This document shows positions 18,648 through 28,479 of a stretch of 64,000 nucleotides of DNA, in pieces. How positions within the stretch are numbered: position 1 is the first letter of the stretch; every line of letters starts with the position of its first letter. Location of the stretch: the NCBI GenBank assembly GCA_963767005.1, contig CAVYCN010000014.1:19185-83184 (forward strand). Reading direction: 5' to 3'. Source of the DNA: an uncultured Actinomycetes bacterium (GTDB taxonomy: Bacteria; Actinomycetota; Thermoleophilia; UBA2241). The position numbers and the translations under genes are program-made. The notes beneath the pieces are model-generated. The model did no database searches, was not told the origin of the DNA, and worked only from the letters and a program-made list of their open reading frames with translations.

Positions 18648-19316
18648 ATGACGGGGGTGACCCACGCCGGAGACGTAGGCGCTCGGGACCGGGCCGAGGT
18701 CGCCGCCGACGGGGCTCCCCGCCTCGCCGCCGACGGGCCCGCCCGCCTCGCCGCCGACGGGGCCGACGACGAGCCGGCCGCGGTCGTGCAGGCACAGGTC
18801 GCGGCCGCGCGGCGCGGCGACGCCGATGCCTTCGCCGACCTCTTCATGGCCCACGAGCGTCGCCTGCGGCTGCTGGCGTTCGGTGTGCTGCGCGACCCCG
18901 ACCTGGTCGACGACGCCCTGCAGGAGACGGCGCTGCGCGCCTTCCGCGCGCTCGGCAGGTTCCGCGGCGAGGCCCGCGTGGGCACGTGGCTGCACCGCAT
19001 CACGGTGCGCGTCTGCCTCGACATGATCGACGACGCGCGGCGTCAGGCGGCGCTCGCCCAGCGCGCCCGGCCCGTCGAGCTTGCCGCCGCCGACCCCGAC
19101 GTCGCCGTCGACGATCACACCCGGCTGGCCGCGGCCCTCGCCCAGCTCTCGCCGGCGCAGCGCGCGGTCGTCGTGGTCGTGTTGCAGCTCGGGTTCGACC
19201 TGTCGACGGCGGCGACGATCCTTGCGGTGCCGCGCGGCACCGTGGCCTCACGACTCTTCGCGGCCCGCCAGACGCTCATGGCCGCGCTCGACACCAGGGA
19301 GGGACCGCATGTCTGA
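18648..19316 (+). CDS. ECF RNA polymerase sigma factor
   Basis: GDADAFADLF...DALQETALRAFRALGRFRGEARVGTWLHRITVR; region 4 ILAVPRGTVASRL; start uncertain (18573 or 18648). Confidence 0.9.
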   Translation: MTGVTHAGDVGARDRAEVAADGAPRLAADGPARLAADGADDEPAAVVQAQVAAARRGDADAFADLFMAHERRLRLLAFGVLRDPDLVDDALQETALRAFRALGRFRGEARVGTWLHRITVRVCLDMIDDARRQAALAQRARPVELAAADPDVAVDDHTRLAAALAQLSPAQRAVVVVVLQLGFDLSTAATILAVPRGTVASRLFAARQTLMAALDTREGPHV

Positions 19317-19875
19317 CGCCCCCGACGAGCTGATCGCCGGCCTGCAGGAGCTCGCCGGGCGCGAGCTCCCGCCGGCCGGCGAGCGCTTCGAAGCCGGCGT
19401 GCGCCAGGCGCTCCGCTGGGACCAGCGTCGCCGTCGCGACCAGCGCCGCAGGCTGGTCGTGGCCGGCTGCCTGATCGCCCTGCTGGCCGCCCTCGGCGTC
19501 GCCCTGGCGCTACCGGTGACCGCTCGCTACCTGCCGCTGCCGATCGGCCGCGAGCTGCGCCGCCTCGACGCGCAGACGAGCGGCCTGCGCTCGCAGCTCG
19601 CCGCGCAGACGGCCGCCGACGTGCGCCTGCGCCATCGGCTGGCAGACACCGTGCTCGTCGAGCAGTCGGCGTCGCGCCACGCCAAGGCGCACCACCGCGC
19701 GCGCCATCAGACCGGCGCCGCGACGGGCCGCTCGTGGTCGTACGGCTGGGTCTGGGTCGGAGCCACGCCGACCCCGAGCCCGAGCACCCGCCCGGTCATT
19801 GCGCCGCCGCTCGCCTCGACCCCAAGCTCGACGCCGACCCCGAGCTCTACGCCTACCGCAGAGCCGTCGCCCTGA
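19309..19875 (+). CDS. Single-TM putative anti-sigma factor
   Basis: Overlaps the sigma stop; one TM (LVVAGCLIALLAALGVALAL), coiled coil and P/S/T tail. Confidence 0.6.
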   Translation: MSDAPDELIAGLQELAGRELPPAGERFEAGVRQALRWDQRRRRDQRRRLVVAGCLIALLAALGVALALPVTARYLPLPIGRELRRLDAQTSGLRSQLAAQTAADVRLRHRLADTVLVEQSASRHAKAHHRARHQTGAATGRSWSYGWVWVGATPTPSPSTRPVIAPPLASTPSSTPTPSSTPTAEPSP

Positions 19876-19913
19876 ACCCAGCCGCCGGGACTCCGGCAGA
19901 GGGAGGTCTCGAC

Positions 19914-21863
19914 ATGAACCGGACGCTCCACCGCTTCCTGGCCCCGGCTCTTGCCATCATCGTGCTCGGCGCGGCGGTCGGCGGCGCGTTCGCCGGACCG
20001 GCGCGCGCCGCCGTGACCTCGCCCGACGGCCTGTGGACCTGGGCGCGGCCGCTGCCGTTCGACTACCCCGCGCAGGCGCTCGCGGCGCCCTCGCCGGGCA
20101 CGCTGTTCGTGGCGACGACGCCGAACGACCTGCTCACCACCACCGACGGCGGCGCGACCTGGGGCTGGAGCCATACCGGCGCGGTCGCCGGGTTCATGCA
20201 GCCGTCGGCGCTCGACTTCGTCTCGGCGACCGACGGCTGGGTGAGCGGCGGCGACGCGGCCGGCGACTTCGTCGTGCTGCGCACGACCGACGCCGGCGCG
20301 ACCTGGCAGTCGAGCCTCACCGCCCCCGGCATCAAGCCGATCCCCGGCTTCTCGACGACCGTCGTGCGGTTCAGCGACGCCTCGTCGGGCTGGGTCGTAG
20401 CGAGCCAGGGCGACGACGTCGGCAGCCTGGACGTCGCGGACACGACCGACGGCGGCACGACCTGGACCAGCCATGACGGCCTGCCCGCCGGCGCCACCGC
20501 CGACACCGAGTACACGCACTTCGACGCGCTCGCGCCGCTCGGCCCCGGGGCCGCGGTCTTTCTGGAGACCGACGTCATCGTCGGCGGCACCCTCGGCGCC
20601 CCGAAGGTCTGGCGCACGACCGACGGCGGCGCCGCCTGGACGCACACCGCCACGCTGGCGGGCGATGCCCTGATCGGCGACGTCGCCTTCTCCTCGGTCA
20701 CCGACGGCTGGGCGGTGGGCACCTTCCTGTGGCACACGACCGACGGCGGCCTGACCTGGCACCGCGTGCGCGCGGTCCCGTCGGGTCTCGGCGGCGACCT
20801 CGAGGTCCACGGCAACGACATCTGGGACGTGGGGACCGGTGGCGCTGCGCACTCGACCGACGGTGGCGCCCACTGGACGACGACCACCGCCGTGAGCGGC
20901 CGCCTGGTGAGCTTCGCCGACGCCGCCGACGGCTGGGTCGCCGACGGCTCGATCTACCGGCACACCACCGACGGCGGTGCGACCTGGACCCGCGTGACGA
21001 GCCGCGCGCCAACTCAGATCGCGAGCCTGAGCGCCACGCCCGATGGCGCGGTCTGGGGCGTTGCCGGCCCTGTCGTCCTCTCATCCGACGGCGGCCTGCA
21101 CTGGCGCTCCGTCACCCGGCGCGCGGCGGCCGCCGTCGCGGCGATCAGCGCCCGGCGGGCCTGGGCGGTCGGCGCCAAGGGCCTGATCATGCGCACGACC
21201 GACGGCGGCCACCACTGGACCCTGCAGGCCAGCCACGTGGGCGTGACACTCGCGAGCGTCGACTTCACCGACGCCGGCCATGGCTGGGCCGGCGGCGCGG
21301 GAGGGGTCATCCTGCGCACGATCGACGGTGGCCGGCACTGGCACGTCACCCGCGAGCCGAAGGGCGGTCTCATCACGCGGCTCTCGTTCGCCGACGCCGT
21401 GCACGGCCTGGCCCTGGGCACCAGGTCTGGGGGCTTCCTCGTGACCGCCACGGGCGGGCGCACCTGGTCGTTCCACCGCTTCACGACGCTGGGCAAGTCC
21501 TTCGTGGCGACGACCGTGCTGATGCAGGACGCCGCGCACGGCCTGGTCATCGGTCAGCCGGGGCCGCAGTGCTACACGACGAGCGACGCCGGGCTCACCT
21601 GGCAGCCCGGCAGCGTGATCCCCGGCGGCGAGGTCGTCGCCGGGCGCGACTACGTGCGCGTCGCGCAGAGCGGCACCGCGCTCTGCGCGGTGAGCCGCTG
21701 GGGTGACGTCGCCACCAGCAGCGACGGCGGCACGACGTGGTCGAACGAGGGAGTGGTCATGGGGGCGATGAACAGCGTGGCGTTCGTCGGCGCCGACGAG
21801 CTCCTGATCAGCGGCTCGCCCGGGGTGATGACGCGCGACCTGACGACGGCGCCGTTGCCGTGA
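19914..21863 (+). CDS. Secreted YCF48/BNR (Asp-box) beta-propeller protein
   Basis: Signal peptide; more than 10 TTDGG.TW Asp-box repeats; GGAGG RBS. Confidence 0.88.
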   Translation: MNRTLHRFLAPALAIIVLGAAVGGAFAGPARAAVTSPDGLWTWARPLPFDYPAQALAAPSPGTLFVATTPNDLLTTTDGGATWGWSHTGAVAGFMQPSALDFVSATDGWVSGGDAAGDFVVLRTTDAGATWQSSLTAPGIKPIPGFSTTVVRFSDASSGWVVASQGDDVGSLDVADTTDGGTTWTSHDGLPAGATADTEYTHFDALAPLGPGAAVFLETDVIVGGTLGAPKVWRTTDGGAAWTHTATLAGDALIGDVAFSSVTDGWAVGTFLWHTTDGGLTWHRVRAVPSGLGGDLEVHGNDIWDVGTGGAAHSTDGGAHWTTTTAVSGRLVSFADAADGWVADGSIYRHTTDGGATWTRVTSRAPTQIASLSATPDGAVWGVAGPVVLSSDGGLHWRSVTRRAAAAVAAISARRAWAVGAKGLIMRTTDGGHHWTLQASHVGVTLASVDFTDAGHGWAGGAGGVILRTIDGGRHWHVTREPKGGLITRLSFADAVHGLALGTRSGGFLVTATGGRTWSFHRFTTLGKSFVATTVLMQDAAHGLVIGQPGPQCYTTSDAGLTWQPGSVIPGGEVVAGRDYVRVAQSGTALCAVSRWGDVATSSDGGTTWSNEGVVMGAMNSVAFVGADELLISGSPGVMTRDLTTAPLP

Positions 21864-21865
21864 GC

Positions 21866-21909
21866 GCCGCGGCGGGCGGGTTCGCTCACGCGAACCCGCC
21901 CGCCGCGGC
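21866..21909. terminator. Bidirectional hairpin terminator between convergent genes
   Basis: gccgcggcgggcgggttcgc-tcac-gcgaacccgcccgccgcggc, perfect 20-bp stem. Confidence 0.8.
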
Positions 21910-21934
21910 TTACCGTGCCTGCCGGCCTCTGATC

Positions 21935-23793
21935 CTAATGTGCGGGGCCGGTCGTCAGCGTGACGCCGGTGGTGTGCTGCTTTCCGGCCTTGTCGGTCCA
22001 GGTGATCGTGACCTTGTCGCCGGGGTGGTACTGCGTCATGAGGTCGGTGAGGCCGGTGGCGGAGCTTGCGGTCTGGCCGTTCACCGCCGTGATGACGTCG
22101 CCCTTCACGAGGCCGGCCTTGGCCGCCGGCGAGCCTGAGAGCACGCCGAGGATGGCGGCGCCCGAGCCCGACTGGGTGGCCGCGACCGAGAGCTTGACCC
22201 CCAGGAACCCCGTCGGCCCGATGTGGACCGTCGCCGACGACTGGTTGTGCTCGATCTGCGAGACGATCGTCATCGCGGTGTCGATCGGCACCGCGAAGCC
22301 CTGGTTCTGGGCGTTGAACGTGAACGTGCCCGAGGCCGCCGTGTCGACTCCGACCACCCTGCCGGCGGCGTCGACCAGCGCCCCGCCCGAGTCGCCCGGC
22401 TCGATGGCGGCGTTGGTCTGGATCAGGCCGGTGAGGTGCCTGGTCGTGCCGGTCACGCTGTCGCCGGCCGTGATCGAGCGGTTCAGCGCGACCACCTTGC
22501 CGCCGGCCGCGCTCGGCGTGCCGTCGAGGCCGCCGGCGTTGCCGATGCCGACGACACCGGCGCCGACCGCGAGCGCTGAGGAGCTCCCGAGCGTCGCGGT
22601 GGTCAGGCCCGAGGCGTGCTGCAACTGGATCAGGGCCACGTCCTGGGTGGCGTCGTAGCCGAGCACTTTGGCGGAGTAGGTGCGGCCGTTGCCGACGTCG
22701 GTGGCGGTGATCGTGCTGGCGCCGTCGACCACGTGGTTGTTGGTGAGTACGAGGCCCGACGAGCTGATCACGATGCCGGTCGCCTCGGCCTGACCCGTGG
22801 AGTCGGCCAGCAGCACGTGGATGTCGACCAGGCTGGGGGAGACCTTCGCGGCGATCTGCGAGACGTTGCTCGGCGAACCCGGCGCGGCGCTGGTCGAGCC
22901 GCTCGAGCCGCTGCCGCCGTTGCCGAACGGCGACAGGCCGCCGCTCCCGCTGCCGTTGCCGTTGCCGAACGGCAGGCCGTTCGCGCCCGAGTTGCCGTTC
23001 TGTGTCTGTTGAGCGCTCGAGCCGTGCGTGAGCCAGAAGCCGTGCGCGATGCCGAGGCCGAGGAACAGACCCACGGCGAGCAGTACGACCCAGATCGCCA
23101 CGATCGGCAGGTAGGCCGGACGTCGCCGCGCCGCGGCCGGCGGTTGGGCAGAGGCCGGACGCTGCCATGGGCCGTACGGCGGCGGCGGGGCCGCCCCCCA
23201 CGGTTGCTGCGGCGGCGGTGTCCAGCCACCCGTCGGCGGCGGCCCCCAGCCTTGCGGCTGCTGAGCGCCGGGCCAGGTCGCTGTGCCTGCGGCTGCTGGG
23301 CGCCGGGCCAGGTCTGCTGTGCCTGCGGCTGCTGGGCGCCGGGCCAGGTCTGCTGGGGTGACGGCGGCGGTGCGACCGGCCAGCCTTGCTGCGGCGGTTG
23401 GGCGCCGGGCCACGCCTGCGGCTGCTGCGGGGCCTGCGGCGGTTGGGCGCCGGGCCACGCCTGCGGCTGCTGGGCGCCGGGCCAGGTCTGCTGTGCCGGA
23501 TCGCCCGGCGGCGGGCTCCAGGCCGGCGGTGGAGTCGGGCTCCACGGCTGCCAGGGCGTGCCCCAGGCCTGGGGCGGAGCCGTCCAGTTCGTCTGCTGGT
23601 CGGTCCAGGGCGCCTGCTGGTCGGCGCCGGGGACCTCGGGCGCGGCGGGCTCCTGCGGGCTTGCTCCGGTGCCCGGGCTCGCGCCCGCGGGGGCGCCTCC
23701 CGCCGGGTTCTCGGTGGGCTGGTCGGCGGGCCGGCGAACGTCGCCCTCCTCAGGGGCTGACGAAGGCCCGCCCTGGTCGGTCGGATCAGACAT
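21935..23793 (-). CDS. htrA: HtrA/S1C serine protease with PDZ domain; 1-nt deletion near 23280 in the N-terminal repeat region
   Basis: LTNNHVV, DVALIQL, IQTNAAIEPGDSGGAL catalytic motifs, PDZ and TM; N-terminal part (MSDPTDQ) lies in another frame. Confidence 0.88.
23255..23495. repeat. Imperfect tandem repeats encoding (T/A)WPGAQ(Q/P)PQ
   Basis: About 6 copies of gggcgccgggcca-containing units; boundaries approximate. Confidence 0.85.
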
Positions 23794-23868
23794 GCTCCCT
23801 CCGCATGGCGGCTGCCGATGAGTCTCGAGTGTGTTTACCACATTGTTGGGTGGCGCAGTGTGGACGGA

Positions 23869-23896
23869 CTGAGCGAAAGCTTGGGAAACGCTGAGA
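23869..23896 (-). promoter_or_regulatory. OmpR/MprA-like direct-repeat boxes upstream of htrA
   Basis: Minus strand TCTCAG-N5-CCCAAG-N5-GCTCAG, 11-bp period. Confidence 0.5.
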
Positions 23897-23964
23897 ATAG
23901 GCCGGCCGTGCGGAGTGCCGACGGCGGCCGGACATGCGAGACTGCAACGCGCACGAGTGTGGGA

Positions 23965-23987
23965 TTAGCTCTCTGACAGAGTAAAAT
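23965..23987 (+). promoter_or_regulatory. Candidate MarR operator overlapping a -10 box
   Basis: TTAGCTCT-CTGAC-AGAGTAAA imperfect palindrome overlapping TAAAAT, about 50 bp before marR. Confidence 0.45.
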
Positions 23988-24034
23988 AGCGCGACGCCCG
24001 CTGGGAGAAGCCGGGCGCCGAGAGACGAGGAACC

Positions 24035-24541
24035 GTGCACGGATCAGACTACGCCGACGACGAAGGGCAGACGACGACGGAGACGTCGGGTCGCGAGCTC
24101 GGGGACGAGCTCGCGGCGGCGGTCAACCGGCTGCGCCGCGCGCTGCGGCGGGCAACGCGACGCCACCCGCCGTTCGAGCCGCTGCCCCACAACCAGATCG
24201 ATCTGCTGCGGCTCGCCGCCGAGCGGCCCGGCGTGAGCGTCGCCGCCGCCGCGGCGGCCCTGTCGCTTGCGCCCAACACCGTGAGCACGCTCGTCAACGA
24301 GCTCTGCCGCGCCGACCTGCTCGCGCGCGTCGTCGACGACGCCGACCGGCGCGTCGCCCGCCTGTCGCCGACCGCCGCGGGCCTCGACCGCATGGCCGCC
24401 TGGCGCGACCGCCGCGCCGAGATCCTCGCGGCGGCGCTCGGCGACCTCGGCGGGCCCGACCGCGAGGTGCTCGCGGTCGCGCTGCCGGCGCTGGAGCGCC
24501 TGATCGACGCGCTGGAGCGCCGCGAGGGGGTCGAGCCGTGA
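24035..24541 (+). CDS. MarR family transcriptional regulator
   Basis: LSLAPNTVSTLVNEL...LLAR..DDADRR winged HTH. Confidence 0.88.
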   Translation: MHGSDYADDEGQTTTETSGRELGDELAAAVNRLRRALRRATRRHPPFEPLPHNQIDLLRLAAERPGVSVAAAAAALSLAPNTVSTLVNELCRADLLARVVDDADRRVARLSPTAAGLDRMAAWRDRRAEILAAALGDLGGPDREVLAVALPALERLIDALERREGVEP

Positions 24542-25389
24542 CCGTGGCCGTCTCGCGGCCCGGCACGGATCGTAGCGGCGTGATGCCCGACGCGAAGGCC
24601 GTGGTCTGTCGCGACCTGTCCTACTCGTTCGGCGACCGTCCGGCCGTCGACCACGTGAGCCTCGAGGTCGAGACGGGCGAGGTCTTCGGGCTGCTCGGGC
24701 CCAACGGCGCCGGCAAGACCACGACGATCCGTATCCTCACGACCCTGCTGCCGCTCGTGGCCGGCAGCGCGACGATCTTCGGCCTCGACGTCGCGCGCCG
24801 CCGCATGGCGGCGCGCCGCCTGCTCGGCTACGTGCCCCAGCAACTGTCGGCCGATGCCGCCCTGACCGGGCGCGAGAACGTCGCGCTCTTCGCCCGCCTG
24901 TACGACGTGCCGCGCGCCGGGCGGCGCGACCGGGTCGACGAATCGCTCGGCCTCATGGGCCTGAGCGAGGCGGCCGGCCGTCTCGCCTCGACCTACTCGG
25001 GCGGCATGATCCGCCGCCTCGAGCTGGCTCAGGCTCTGGTCAACCGGCCCCGCCTGCTCGTGCTCGACGAGCCCACGATCGGGCTCGACCCCCTCGCCCG
25101 CGCCGGTGTGTGGGAGCGGGTCCTCGAGCTGCGTCGCACGACCGGCATGACCGTGCTGCTCACCACGCACTACATGGAGGAGGCCGAGCAGCTCTGCGAC
25201 CGCGTCGCGCTCATGCACCTGGGCCGGCTGCGGGCCGTGGGCTCACCGGCCGACCTCGAGGCGGAGCTCGGCGCCGACGCGACGCTGCAGGACGTGTTCG
25301 CCCACTACACCGGCAGCTCACTCGACGACACCCAGGGAGGCTTTCATGAGACGCGCCGAGCTCGTCGCGTCGCCCGCCGCCTGGGCTGA
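24538..25389 (+). CDS. ABC transporter ATP-binding protein (DrrA-like)
   Basis: GPNGAGKTT, YSGGM, LVLDEPT, TTHYMEEA. Confidence 0.95.
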   Translation: MTVAVSRPGTDRSGVMPDAKAVVCRDLSYSFGDRPAVDHVSLEVETGEVFGLLGPNGAGKTTTIRILTTLLPLVAGSATIFGLDVARRRMAARRLLGYVPQQLSADAALTGRENVALFARLYDVPRAGRRDRVDESLGLMGLSEAAGRLASTYSGGMIRRLELAQALVNRPRLLVLDEPTIGLDPLARAGVWERVLELRRTTGMTVLLTTHYMEEAEQLCDRVALMHLGRLRAVGSPADLEAELGADATLQDVFAHYTGSSLDDTQGGFHETRRARRVARRLG

Positions 25390-26179
25390 GGAGCTGAGCG
25401 ACGGCCCGGGCGGCGCCCTGCGCCGCCTCGGCCGTCGCGCCTGGGCGCTGTGTCTGGCCGAGGCCCAGAAGCTGCGCCACGACCAGACCGAGGTCTTGAC
25501 GCGCGCCATCCAGCCCGCCCTCTGGCTGCTCATCTTCGGCGAGACCTTCAGCCACCTGCACGCGATCCCCACCGGCGGCGTGCCCTACCTCGCCTACATG
25601 GCGCCCGGCATCCTCGCTCAGTCGGCGCTCTTCATCTCCATTTTCTACGGCATCCAGATCATCTGGGAGCGCGACGCCGGCGTGCTCGCCAAGCTGCTCG
25701 TGACGCCGACGCCGCGCGTGGCCCTGGTGACGGGCAAGGCCTTCGCCGCCGGCCTGCGCGCCCTCGTGCAGGTGCTCGTCGTCCTCGTGCTGACCGCCCT
25801 GCTGGGCGTGCCGCTCACCCACGACCCGCTGCGCCTGCTGGCCGCCGCCGGCCTCGTCGTGCTAGGCGCCGCCTTCTTCTGCACGCTCTCGGTGACGATC
25901 GCCGGCCTCGTGCTACGGCGCGACCGGCTCATGGGCATCGGCCAGGCCATCACCATGCCGCTCTTCTTCGCCTCGAACGCGCTGTACCCGATCGCCTTCA
26001 TGCCGGCCTGGGTGCGCGTGGTGAGCCGCGTGAACCCGCTGAGCTACGAGGTGGACGGGCTGCGCGGCCTGCTCGTGGGCACGCCGGCCCATCTGGGGCT
26101 CGACGTCGCCGTGCTGTTCGTGGCCGCCGCCCTGGGCGTGACCGTGGCCTCGAGCCTGCTTGGGCGGCTGGCGCGCTAG
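25346..26179 (+). CDS. ABC-2 type permease
   Basis: IQPALWLLIFG...YLAYMAPGIL...MPLFFASNALYP...NPLSYEVDGLR; GGAGG RBS. Confidence 0.92.
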   Translation: MRRAELVASPAAWAEELSDGPGGALRRLGRRAWALCLAEAQKLRHDQTEVLTRAIQPALWLLIFGETFSHLHAIPTGGVPYLAYMAPGILAQSALFISIFYGIQIIWERDAGVLAKLLVTPTPRVALVTGKAFAAGLRALVQVLVVLVLTALLGVPLTHDPLRLLAAAGLVVLGAAFFCTLSVTIAGLVLRRDRLMGIGQAITMPLFFASNALYPIAFMPAWVRVVSRVNPLSYEVDGLRGLLVGTPAHLGLDVAVLFVAAALGVTVASSLLGRLAR

Positions 26180-26188
26180 GGGACGCCG

Positions 26189-27721
26189 GTGAGCCAGACC
26201 ACGTCGCCGTCAGTCCGTCCGGCCGCGGCCGACCCGCCGCGGCACACCGGCCTCGCCCTGCTCGTCGTCGTCACCGGCGTGCTGATCGCCGCCGTCGACA
26301 CCACGATCGTGGTGCTCGCGCTGCCGGTCCTCGAGCGCTCGCTGCACGTGCCGCTGTCCGGCATCATCTGGGTGATCATCTCGTACCTGCTGGTCGTCAC
26401 GATCCTGTCGACGCAGGTCGGCCGCCTCGGCGACATGTTCGGCCGCGTGCGCATGTACGAGGTCGGCTTCGGCGTGTTCGTGCTGGGCTCGCTGCTCTGC
26501 GCCCTGGCGACCGGCGAGGCCAGCATAGTCGCCTTCCGCGTGCTGCAGGGGGTGGGCGGCGCCCTGATCAGCGCCAACAGCGGCGCCGTGATCGCCGACA
26601 CCTTTCCGGCCGAGCGCCGCGGCCGCGCCTACGGCTACACGAGCGTGGGCTGGAGCGCCGGCGCCGTGCTCGGCATCCTGCTCGGCGGCCTCATCACCAC
26701 GTACATCTCGTGGCGCTGGATCTTCGGCATCAACGTGCCGATCGGCATCGCCGCCATCCTGCTGGCGCTCCGGGTGCTCCACGACCGCGGCGAGCGGCGC
26801 CGCCACCGCGTGGACTTCGCCGGCATGGCGCTCCTCGGCGGCGGGCTGTTCTGCGTGCTGTGGGCGATGACCCGGCTCGCCACGACCGCCGCCGACGCGC
26901 GGCTCGTGGCCTTCCTCGTAGTCGGTGCCGTGCTGCTCGTCGCGTTCGTGCTCCTCGAGCGCCGGCTGGCCGAGCCGATGCTCGACCTCTCTCTGTTCCG
27001 CGTGCCGACCATGAGCCCCACGCTGCTCGCCGCGCTGGTCCAGAGCCTCGCCAACTTCGCCACCCTGTTCCTCGTGACCATGTACCTGCAGGGCGTGCGC
27101 GAGCTCTCCCCGCTGCACGCCTCGCTCGTGCTCGTGCCGGGCTACCTCGTCGGCGCCTTCATCGGGCCCCTGGCCGGCCGGGTCGCCGACCGCTGGGGGG
27201 CGGTCTGGCCGGCGACCCTGGGCCTCGCCATCCAGTGCGGCGCCCTCGCGGTGTACGCGAACCTTGGCCTCACCACGCCGCTCTGGGTGGTCGCCGTCGC
27301 GGCCGTGGTGAACGGCATCGGCTCGGGCGCCTTCTTCCCGGCCAACAACGCCGCCGTCATGAAGGCCGCGCCGGGTCGCCTGTTCGGCGTCGCGTCGGGC
27401 GTCTTGCGCACCTTCGCCAACGTCGGCATGGTGTTCTCGTTCTCGGTCGCCATCCTGATCGCGGCGAGCTCCATCACCCGCGGCCTTGCCTTCGCCATCT
27501 TCGTCGGCACGACGCAGCTCACACCGCCGCTCGCCCGCGCCTTCACCACCGGTGTCCACTCGGCGTTCTACGCGTCCATGGCCTTCATGGTCTGTGCCGC
27601 TGTGTTGTCGGCCGTCCGCGTGCGGCATCAGCTCCGTCCGCGTCAGGCCGCAGCCGGCGCGGGCGGCGCGGGCGGCGCCTGGGAGGGCGGGACCGTCAGA
27701 AAGGAGAGCGAGCATGCCTGA
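26189..27721 (+). CDS. MFS drug:H+ antiporter (DHA2-like)
   Basis: DTTIVVLALP, GRLGDMFGR, WRWIFGINVPIG. Confidence 0.92.
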   Translation: MSQTTSPSVRPAAADPPRHTGLALLVVVTGVLIAAVDTTIVVLALPVLERSLHVPLSGIIWVIISYLLVVTILSTQVGRLGDMFGRVRMYEVGFGVFVLGSLLCALATGEASIVAFRVLQGVGGALISANSGAVIADTFPAERRGRAYGYTSVGWSAGAVLGILLGGLITTYISWRWIFGINVPIGIAAILLALRVLHDRGERRRHRVDFAGMALLGGGLFCVLWAMTRLATTAADARLVAFLVVGAVLLVAFVLLERRLAEPMLDLSLFRVPTMSPTLLAALVQSLANFATLFLVTMYLQGVRELSPLHASLVLVPGYLVGAFIGPLAGRVADRWGAVWPATLGLAIQCGALAVYANLGLTTPLWVVAVAAVVNGIGSGAFFPANNAAVMKAAPGRLFGVASGVLRTFANVGMVFSFSVAILIAASSITRGLAFAIFVGTTQLTPPLARAFTTGVHSAFYASMAFMVCAAVLSAVRVRHQLRPRQAAAGAGGAGGAWEGGTVRKESEHA

Positions 27722-28472
27722 GATCCTGCCGGGAGTCCGCGTCGCCGCGCTGCTGCCGCCCACGGGGGCACAGACCGGCGTCATGAACGCCTGCCTGCTG
27801 GTCGACCGCGGTCGCGTCACGGTGGTCGACGCCGGCCTGCCGGGGAGCGCGCCGGCGATCCTCGCCGAGCTGAGCGAGGCCGGCCTCGAGCCGGCCGCCG
27901 TGCGGCGCGTGATCATCACCCATCACCACATCGACCACGTCGGCGGTCTGGCCGATCTCGTCGCGGCGACGGGCGCCGAGGTCTGGGCGCACCGCGACGA
28001 CGCGCCGACGATCGAGGGCGCGGTCGCGCGTCCCGGCCTGCCGCCCGAGCGCGTCGCCGCCATGCTCGAGTCCGTGCCGGAGGAGCAGCGCGCGGCGGCG
28101 GCGGAGCGCATGAAGAAGATGCGCGAGGTGACGCCGGCGCCCGTCGACCTGCGCCTGGTCGGCGGCGAGGAGCTCGAGATGCTCGGCGGCGTGCGCGTCG
28201 TCCACAGCCCCGGCCACACGGCCGGCCACCTCTGCCTGTACTTGCCGGCGCTCTCGCTGCTGATCGCCGGCGACCTCATGCGCCTCGAGGACGGCGCGAT
28301 CCGCGAGTCGCCGTCGGGCTACGCCGCCGACGCCGCGCAGTCGCTCGAGTCGGCCCGGCGGGTCGCCGGTCTCGGCTTCGAGGCCTTCGTCGGCTATCAC
28401 GGCGGCTACGTGGTCACGGGCGCCGCGGCGCTGCTCGCCGGCAGCCTGACGAGCCCGGCCGGCACGGCCTGA
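27714..28472 (+). CDS. MBL-fold metallo-hydrolase
   Basis: THHHIDHVGG, PGHTAGH, AGD and terminal H motifs; AAGGAG RBS. Confidence 0.92.
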   Translation: MPEILPGVRVAALLPPTGAQTGVMNACLLVDRGRVTVVDAGLPGSAPAILAELSEAGLEPAAVRRVIITHHHIDHVGGLADLVAATGAEVWAHRDDAPTIEGAVARPGLPPERVAAMLESVPEEQRAAAAERMKKMREVTPAPVDLRLVGGEELEMLGGVRVVHSPGHTAGHLCLYLPALSLLIAGDLMRLEDGAIRESPSGYAADAAQSLESARRVAGLGFEAFVGYHGGYVVTGAAALLAGSLTSPAGTA

Positions 28473-28479
28473 GCGGTCG

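Noticed and set aside
18700-18765. 21-bp repeats in the ECF sigma 5' region as a regulatory array
   Set aside because: In-frame low-complexity repeats (LAADG.) in a disordered N-terminus, like those in moxR and pstP
19914-21863. Repeated accgacggcggc motifs as a DNA repeat element
   Set aside because: Explained by protein Asp-box (TTDGG.TW) repeats
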